Both the position numbers and the translations under genes were made by a program. From Eledone cirrhosa (lineage: Eukaryota), in assembly GCA_964016885.1 (NCBI GenBank), contig OZ024745.1, positions 93,248,001-93,312,000 on the forward strand: DNA of 64,000 nt. Direction: 5' to 3'. Every line of letters begins with the position of its first letter. The stretch's first letter is position 1. Shown piece after piece: positions 52,001 through 64,000 of the stretch. Under the pieces are notes generated by a model. That model was not told where the DNA came from. It was given only the letters and a program-made list of their open reading frames with translations, and did not search any database.

Positions 52001-53530
52001 TAAGAGATTTCAATTTGCCAATTCCTGATGTAGAAATGCGGCAACGTGTCTTAGCATTGAACATGAGATTGCAGCTTAGACGGTTGCCACTCGATCGGAG
52101 GGAACTATTCCAGTTTGATCCACTGGAACAGCAACATATTGTGGATGAACGTATGCCAATGTTGACTCAATCTCAGAGAGAACTGGTCGATGGCGTTCTC
52201 CACTCGATTTCCACTAATGAGCAACTGTGTGCTTTCATAGATGCTCCAGGAGGCACCGGAAAGACATTCTGTTTCAACACTATGTTATCGGCAGTCAGAG
52301 CTCAGAGGAAGATTGCTCTCCCTGTGGCCACCAGTGGGATCGCTGCCACTTTGCTGAGTGGTGGAAGGACCTTCCACTCATGCTTCAAGGCTCCATTGGC
52401 TCCGGATGAGTTGAGTATCTGTAACATTACAGGACAAAGTGAACTCGCGGGCCTTATACGCAATATGTCTCTGATTATTTGGGATGAGGCTCCAATGGCA
52501 CACAGATATTTGCTGGAGGCATTGGATAGAACTTTGAGAGATATTTGCGGTAGTGACCTGCCATTCGGTGGTAAGACTATCATTCTTGGTGGTGATTTCA
52601 GACAGGTGCTACCAATTGTTAGGAATGCTCAAAGAGCCCAAATTGTCAATGCATGCCTGAAAAAGTCCCCGTTGTGGCGCCATTTCAGAGTTTTGCCATT
52701 ACACGGTAATATGCGACTTTGTATGTTCGGGCAAAACCAAGAGGCTGAGACATACGGCCGATGGTTGATGCAGTTGGGAAACGATGAATTGCCACACGTT
52801 GGTGATAATCAGACTGTAAGAATCCCAGACCATTTGGTCATGCCACTGAACCGCCAAGCATTGATTGACTGGGTGTTCCCTAATTTGAATGCTTTTTGGC
52901 AGAATATCTCCTGGATATCGGAACACATTATTCTAACTCATACGAATGCAACGGTCGATGAAATAAATTCACAAGTAGCTGGAATGTTTCCTAGAGAGGA
53001 ATGGTTGACCGTCAGTGCGGATGCAATGGAGTCTAATCAGCAGAACAATATCGATGTTCCAACTGAGTATCTGAATTCACTTCAAATACCCGGATTTCTC
53101 CCACATATTTTCAGGTTGAAAAAGGGTATGCCGATTATATTGCTTAGAAATATCAATCATAAAATGGGTCTTTGCAATGGTACCAGATTGATTGTTGAGA
53201 GATTGATTAACGGAAGAAGCTAAACTTCCAGGCAGAGAGGAATCGGTTCTCATTCCGAGGATCATGCTGAGACCAAGTGTTGATCTGCTGCCATTCATTT
53301 GGCAAAGGAGAAAGTTTCCCGTCAATTTGGCCTTCTTCATGACTGTCAACAAGGCACAGGGACAAACTTTCAAGCGAGTCAGTGTCTACTTGAATGATCC
53401 AGCATTCAGCCATGGGCAACTGTATGTTGCTGCATCTCGAGTGTGCGATCCTGATGGTATAAAATTTGCAATGGATACCACTAACAGAGGAACAACCCTG
53501 AATATTGTCTATAATGAAGCTTTGAGCTGA
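49011..53530 (+). pseudogene. Helitron Rep/PIF1-helicase, disrupted by at least two stops and three frameshifts
   Basis: Zn finger CPHCGA..CCHKG; Rep motifs DLFITVTCNPEW, IEFQKRGLPHAHLL, KYLFKYVYKG; helicase DAPGGTGKTF, IWDEAPM, GGDFRQVLP, TVNKAQGQT, FSHGQLYVAASRV. Start of coding uncertain. Confidence 0.95.
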
Positions 53531-56500
53531 TGTATCATCATCATCACCGTTTTACATCCGTTCTTCCATGCTAGCATGGGTTAGACGGGTTGTCCTGTTG
53601 TGGGCAGTGTCTGGTCGGCTGACCATGCCTTGCTCATACAGGAACTGATTTGGGCTTGGTTTCTACAGCTGGATGCCCTTCCTAACACCAACCTCATTTA
53701 CAGTGAGTGCTGGGTGCTTTTTTCCGTGGCGCCTACACGTCCACTTCACAGTGTTGGCTGGGTGCTTTTTTGCCGTGGCACCTCCACGACCACTTTGCAG
53801 TGGGAGGGTGTGGGGGCATATTGTCTATATGCTTCAGCTTGTACCCATGGGAGGTCGGGTACTCTGTATTACTGCGTGACGCCAGAGGTCACGGTCGTGT
53901 ATCATCGCCTTTGAGAGGTGCAACTGGGTAAGGTCGGCCCCTATCACCTCATCCCAGGTCTTCTTGGGTCTCCCCTCTCCGCGGCTTCCATTGACTTCTA
54001 GTGCTCTGCACCTTTTTATGCAGCTGTCATCCTTCATACGCATCACATGTCCATACCAACGCAACCGCTTCTCCTGCACACAGCATTTGATTCCTCTGAT
54101 GCTCAGTCTCTCTCTCAATTCATTTATGCTTTGCCGTTCGCATATATTACTATTACACATCCATTGGAGCATGCAGGCTTCGTTTCTCTCTAATCTACGT
54201 AAGTCTTCCACCTTCAGTGCCCAGGTCTCACTACCATGTAACATTGCTGTTCGGATACACGCATCATACAGTCTGCTTTTCATTTTGAGGGAGAAGCCTT
54301 TTGCAGCTAGCAGTGGCAGTAGTTCCCTGAACTTCTTCCATCCCGTTCTTACTCTAGTTATTGTACCTTCTGAACATCCACCTCCGCTGCTAATTTGGTC
54401 ACCTAGGTAGCAGAAGCTGTCTACTGTTTCTACAGAGCCCTCCCAGAGATTGGTGGTACTTGTTTCCTGTGGCTGTTGGCTGCTTGCTGTCCCAGCACAG
54501 CTGCTACATGTGAAGCCTACATTCTTAATTAAGCTTCCTGAGATCCCGCTACATCTCTTGTGTACCCATTGTTTGTATTTGGGGCAGAGAATGGAGTTCC
54601 TACATACTGAGCAAGGCCATTTCCCTGAGGGGATCTGGGTTCTGTTTTCTCATCTACTTACAAGGACCTTAGTCTTTGTCATGTTGACTTTGACACCCTT
54701 TCTTTCTAGTCCCTGCTTCCAAGTTTGGAATTTCTTTAGTTCTACCATAGATTCAGCTATAAGTGCGAGGTCATCTGCATACATGAGTTCCCATGGGCAT
54801 CCGGTCTTAAACTCCTCTGTTATTGCCTGATGAACTGGAGAGGGCTAAGAACAGAACCCTGGTGGACACCAGCCTGTACGCTAAATTCCTCGCTATGCTC
54901 ATTGCTAATCCTAACTTTGCTGACTGCTCCCCTATACATGGCTTGTACAGCTTTCACAAGCCATTCATCTACTCCTAGTTTTCTAAGAGCCCACCAGATT
55001 ATAGCACGTGGAACTCTGTCAAAGGCTTTCTCGAGATCGACGAATGCCAGGTAGAGTGGCTTACTTTTAGCTAGGTACTTTTCCTGTAACTGCCTCACAA
55101 GGAAGAGGGCGTCAGTGGTGCCTCTTCCTGGTACAAACCCAAATTGCATCTCATCTAGTTTCACCCGGTCCCTAATCAACTGTGCTATAACTCTTTCTGT
55201 TACTTTCATGACCTGGTCCATCAGCTTTATACCTCTATAGTTTCCTCTATCTAGTGCATCACTTTTACCTTTGTAGCAGTTGACAATGATGCTACTGCAC
55301 CAATCTTTTGGTATGACACCTTCTAGTATTACCTGGTTAACAATATGTGTGGTTATAGTGTGACCTACAGACCCAGATGCCTTCAGCATCTCGGCAGCTA
55401 TACCCGATGGACCGGTTACCTTCCCCATCTTCATATCTTTGATTGCCTTACTTACTACGCTGCTGCTGACTTGTACTGCTGGCCCCTCTATAGGGTCTAC
55501 TTGGGGTAGGGTCTCTTCTTCCCATACATTCTCCTCATTTAGTAATCTATCATAATGGCTCAGCACTTGTGAGGGCAAGCTCACCTTTATCATTCCGGAT
55601 ACACTTCTCTCCAATGACATCACAATTCTCTCTGACACACTGCCTCGCAATCTTGAACACCTCCTGTTTCTGGTCCTGACATTGCAAAACATGCTTGAAT
55701 TTTCTATCCTCTGCTTCCCTCCTAGCTAAGTATACTTGTCGCCTAGCTTCCCTCTTGGTCTCTATGTAATGTACCCTGCTTCCTCCATTCTTCCATTCTT
55801 TCCATGCCTGTCTCTTGGCCGTAACTGCCTCATCTACCTTATTGTTCCACCACCAAGTCACTCTCCTCCTGCTTGTGGTCTTACTCCAGCCACAGATCTC
55901 AACCGTTGCCTCTAGTAAGTTATTTTTTAGGAACTCCCAGTGCTCTTCTACATTGAATGTCTCTATCTGTTCTTCTTTACTGTCGTAGGCATTGAGTAAA
56001 ATATCTTTAAATCTGTTACTGGCCGAGGGGTCTTTCAGCTTCCAGATCTTTCTTCTCCAGGTTCGCCTCTGCTTCCAGGTTCGTCTCGTTCTGACTGTGA
56101 GGTCGCTGACAACTAAGCTATGTTGGGAGGTACATTCCTCACTAGGGAAGGCTTTTGTGTTTACGACCGTCAATCTGTCACGTCCTCTGATGAGGATAAA
56201 ATCTATCTGACTAGAATGCTCCCCTGATCTATAGGTGATCAGGTGGTTGTCGGGTTTTTTGAAGTTTATGTTACATATCAACATGTCATTGGCGTCGCAG
56301 AATTCTAGAAGTCTGAATCCTTCTTCATTTCTTGTGCCAACCCCATGGCCTCCATGAACTCTATTGAAGCCGTCACAGTGTTTACCTACATGTCCGTTAA
56401 AATCTCCTGCGATGATTAGGAAGTCATTGTCATTTGTTAGAGCAGTAGTGTGCATTAGGGACTCGTAAAACCTATCCTTAAGTTCGTCTGGCAACTCCGA

Positions 56501-57194
56501 TTGGGGTGCGTAAGCTGATATTATTGTGGTAATTGTTTTATTCAGGACTAGTCTGAGTTTAATGATTCTTGCATTTACCCTGTACACTGAGATTACTTTA
56601 TCTACCCACTTGTCAGCTAGTAGTATACCTACACCACCCATCCCATCGTCATTTCCCACCCAGAAAAATTTGTAGCACTGACTTTTTCCTACAACGACTC
56701 TAGCAGACTCTCCTCTCCATCTAGTCTCTTACACACAGCATACATCAATTTCCTTTCGTTCTAGCATCTCTACGATTTCTCCTGCTCTTCCTTTCATTGT
56801 GCTTACATTGATGGTACCAACTCGGAGTTTTGGGCATTTGTCAACATTCGTAGGGAAGGGTCGATTTTTGCAGGGGTGTGTGTGTGTGCTTCCTGTCTCT
56901 GAATTGGGTGCTTGGTAGCTCGCGGATTCATATTCATTTTCATCTATTAATTCAGAGTTGCTCCATTTATTCTCAGCTCATCCATAATAACGGTAGGAAA
57001 ATTCAAGGCTAGAAGAACAGTGGTAATAATGGCATGGTGTGTTGGGCTGGGACGGGGGAGGAGAGAGTTAGGTAGTAGTAGAAATGGCAGGGTTTGTTGG
57101 GGTTGGTAGTGGGGGAGGGGCATGCTGAGGTTTGATTGGTCGAATAGGCTATGGTGGTGTGAGGGGGCGGGCAGGAGGGAAATTGTGAGGTAGG

Positions 57195-57296
57195 TAGCCA
57201 TCATGGCCTGTAGCATCTCATGGCAAAATAGCCATCATGGCCTCTAGCATCTCATGGCAAAATAGCCATCATGGCCTCTAGCATCTCATGGCAAAA
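57195..57296. repeat. 34-bp tandem repeat x3
   Basis: tagccatcatggcct(c/g)tagcatctcatggcaaaa at 57195, 57229, 57263. Confidence 0.95.
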
Positions 57297-57333
57297 TAAA
57301 CCGATAGGAGTAGATGACTTTGTAGAGACAGCG

Positions 57334-57617
57334 AAATGATAAATACAACAACTAATAATAGTGTAAGAGAGAGGAAATGATAAATACAACTAATAATAGT
57401 GTAAGAGAGAGGAAATGATAAATACAACAACTAATAATAGTGTAAGAGAGAGGAAATGATAAATACAACAACTAATAATAGTGTAAGAGAGAGGAAATGA
57501 TAAATACAACAACTAATAATAGTGTAAGAGAGAGGAAATGATAAATACAACAACTAATAATAGTGTAAGAGAGAGGAAATGATAAATACAACAACTAATA
57601 ATAGTGTAAGAGAGAGG
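57334..57617. repeat. 41-bp minisatellite x7
   Basis: aaatgataaatacaacaactaataatagtgtaagagagagg; second unit lacks one caa. Confidence 0.95.
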
Positions 57618-57984
57618 AAGAGAGTAGATAACTTCGCAGAGAGACAGCATGGGAAAAGAAAATGAAGGTAAAAATAAATATGTTGTGGAAGCTAGTGAGA
57701 TGATAAATATAGCAATAATTGTGTGAGTGGAACATTTGCAATTGGGAAATAGAGGGATACCTGGAAGATTGTATGGATGGATGGCTGGAACGTGGTTAAG
57801 CAGTTCTAATGATTCATTTTAACCTTTCAGAGTCAAGAAATTGCCTTCAAATTTATCGCTTCTGATTACAGTGGTAATAAAACCTCATCATATGCTGAGT
57901 CTGGCAAAAAGTTTGGTGCCTATGCTCGGCCAGGGCTAGAGTAATATTGAAAAACGATTTTCGAAGTAGAAGGATCCGCCATTT

Positions 57985-58062
57985 GGAGTTCAAACCAGGC
58001 CACCTCCCCGAGTTGAACTCTGGGCAACATTGACTGTCTATTACTCAGTGGCTAAGACCTGG
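57985..58062 (+). ncRNA. HDV-like self-cleaving ribozyme (nested double pseudoknot)
   Basis: P1 GGAGTTC/GAACTCT; P2 CCAGGCC/GACCTGG; P3 ACC/GTT; L3 TCCCCGA; GGGCAAC junction; P4 CATTGA/TCAGTG; J4/2 GCTAA with catalytic-position C58052. Confidence 0.85.
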
Positions 58063-58227
58063 AAATTACTGAATATATTTTTGTGTCATATAATTTGTTG
58101 TTTTATTATTATAGCTGATCAATTATAAGCATGTTATCCATATCCATAGTAATTTGGTATTTGTATAAACCATTTCAAGTAAATAGGGACCTTTTTTTAC
58201 ATTGACGGACAACTTTTATATTAATTA

Positions 58228-58586
58228 TCTATATCTATATCTACATATAATATAAAAGATTGGAACTTCCATCATCCTTTTGAGAAACGTGGAACAACCC
58301 CGTCTATGCAATGATACATGTTTTACAGTCAGGCAGAAGATGAACCATCTCCTAGCGGTCACTATTCTAGGTGGGAGCACCTAGAATTGTTCATATACTA
58401 TGCACAAACCGTACAACGAAGAATCAGGTATATCTGGAAGATTTTTTAAACTGTTTTTTGTATCACACAGACACCATGGACTCGCCTCATACTGTAACCA
58501 GACAAACATCCAATACAGTCATTTTCTCTTTTACCTGTCTTCTCTTATCATCTGTTTACCCGGGCGAAGCTGGGTACATCAGCTAG
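58228..58586 (+). mobile_element. Probable short Helitron unit supplying the 3' terminus of the large Helitron
   Basis: A|TCTATATCTATATCTACATATAATATAAAAG is a Helitron-like 5' end; hairpin plus CTAG|T end. Confidence 0.55.
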
Positions 58587-59281
58587 TTTTAATTAATTTC
58601 AATAGGGAAAATTTGTAAAATGAATAAATCGTAAAATAATCTCGATCATCGAATGAATTATACTCGAATTATCAGTGTATCTCAATGTTGGAAATGGATG
58701 GATTCTTATATCGAAGAGCACCAACAATTCTGTCATAGGAGGAGTGGGAATGCTTCTCAACCTGTGAGCTTTAAATTCATTAACCACTATCGAAAAATAT
58801 AAGGCACAACTAAAAATTCTATATAATTTAATTATTTAGGTTTTGTTTTTTTTTGCAGGATGTGCAAGATGATGTAAAAAAATTTCCTATTTCGAAGTTG
58901 ATCTCCTTAAAGAAAGAAATGCAAATTGCTTATTTTTCCTGTAATTTTAATTCATTTTTTGGACTACCTATTAAAAAACAACAAATAGTGGAATTCGGTA
59001 TACAAATCAAACTCTGAATTATACAACTACATCTATGTGCACATTTTAAAATATACATACATACATACACACACATTGAAACCACAGTTGCGCTCAATCA
59101 GCATTGTGTTCAAATGTCAGATTAGCAAACTGAGTATTAGCACTCTATCACTGGTTGTCTCTTGCAAACCCAGACGTTTGCTGGGATAATCCAGATGTTT
59201 CAGTTGATCAAAATGTTGATTGAAGGAAAGCATGATCTAGATATGTAATATGTAATCTTGTTTACCTCACATGTGAAGAAC

Positions 59282-59322
<41 letters not shown>

Positions 59323-59342
59323 TGTGTATATATATATATATA

Positions 59343-59399
<57 letters not shown>

Positions 59400-59407
<8 letters not shown>

Positions 59408-59915
59408 ATACTTTGGGAGGGTCATGTTGCCAATAAGAAACACACGCACCAGTTGCTTTCACTTCAATTTAATTTAATATATATTTATAAATTTACAAAT
59501 TTATAAATTTCTGGTTGGTTGGTTGGTTCCACAACCAGATAGTTGTTTATATATATATAGTCATAGTTCTTTCGTCACACACTCTGTGACCTCTTCAGTG
59601 ACTGGGGATTTCTTTCTTCGTTTCTGTGCCTTTCCTTTCTTCTATCCTACGCCATTTTGTTGGCATAGGATAGAAGAAAGGAAAGGCACAGAAACGAAGA
59701 AAGAAATCCCCAGTCACTGAAGAGGTCACAGAGTGTGTGACGAAAGAACTATGACTATATATATATAAACAACTATCTGGTTGTGGAACCAACCAACCAA
59801 CCAGAAATTTATAAATTTGTAAATTTATAAATATATATTAAATTAAATTGAAGTGAAAGCAACTGGTGCGTGTGTTTCTTATTGGCAACATGACCCTCCC
59901 AAAGTATAACAATAT
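59400..59915. mobile_element. Near-perfect 516-bp palindrome (Penelope-like inverted pseudo-LTR pair) in (TA)n
   Basis: 255-bp arms around a 6-nt centre ttttgt (59655-59660), one mismatch seen; unique ~55-bp extension to 59971. Confidence 0.8.
59712..59756 (+). ncRNA. Minimal type I hammerhead motif (mirror copy on - strand at 59559-59603)
   Basis: AGTCA-CTGAAGA-G-GTCACA/gagtg/TGTGAC-GAAA-GAAC-TA-TGACT. Confidence 0.7.
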
Positions 59916-59969
59916 CGGTTTCAACACACGATTTCAGATAAAGAATCTTGTTAAACAAATTCAGAAACG

Positions 59970-64000
<4,031 letters not shown>

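Larger units (their letters stand above)
53535..58081 (-). mobile_element. RTE-clade LINE, near full length, disabled
   Basis: APE (LRVGTINV, AYAPQ, AGDFNGHVG, QIDFIL, SQH) 56830-55550; RT (NYRGIKL, QFGFVPGRGTTDA, FVDLEKAFDRV, GVHQGSVLSP, YADD at ~54780); (TGA)n tail at 53535. Coding part is secure; 5' end beyond ~57000 is tentative. Confidence 0.85.
48505..58586 (+). mobile_element. Helitron (autonomous type, disabled) with nested RTE LINE
   Basis: A|TCTATTTATT at 48505; 3' hairpin ACCCGGGCGAAGCTGGGT (58558-58575) then ACATCAGCTAG|T; Rep-helicase coding region inside. Confidence 0.8.

Noticed and set aside
57334-57617. Regular repeats resembling a CRISPR array
   Set aside because: Units are contiguous with no unique spacers; eukaryotic minisatellite.

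Overview
Eukaryotic, AT-rich, repeat-dense genomic DNA; the SINE, LINE and (TA)n repertoire looks like an octopod cephalopod (inference). Host genes on +: an unidentified 82-codon terminal exon (9176-9424), a TFG-like terminal exon (22521-22715) and a complete 4-coding-exon rhomboid protease RHBDD1/RHBDL4 (34737-40604, 272 aa). The rest is mostly nested transposons: a near full-length CR1 LINE (PHD-ORF1 plus APE/RT ORF2), a ~10 kb Helitron (48505-58586) with an RTE LINE inserted just behind its helicase stop codon, a piggyBac remnant and its TTAA MITE family, SINEs, Tx1/CRE/Ingi/mariner fragments, Penelope-like foldbacks and a 4 kb (TA)n tract. The ORF track does not explain three signals: (1) a nearly canonical HDV-like ribozyme fold at 57985-58062, in Helitron sense and RTE antisense; (2) several minimal type I hammerhead ribozymes in foldback elements, one in sense inside a RHBDD1 intron; (3) a conserved in-phase G_GGA_AAC -1 slippery site joining CR1 ORF1 to an AUG-less ORF2. 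All calls were made by eye, with no searches or folding programs.
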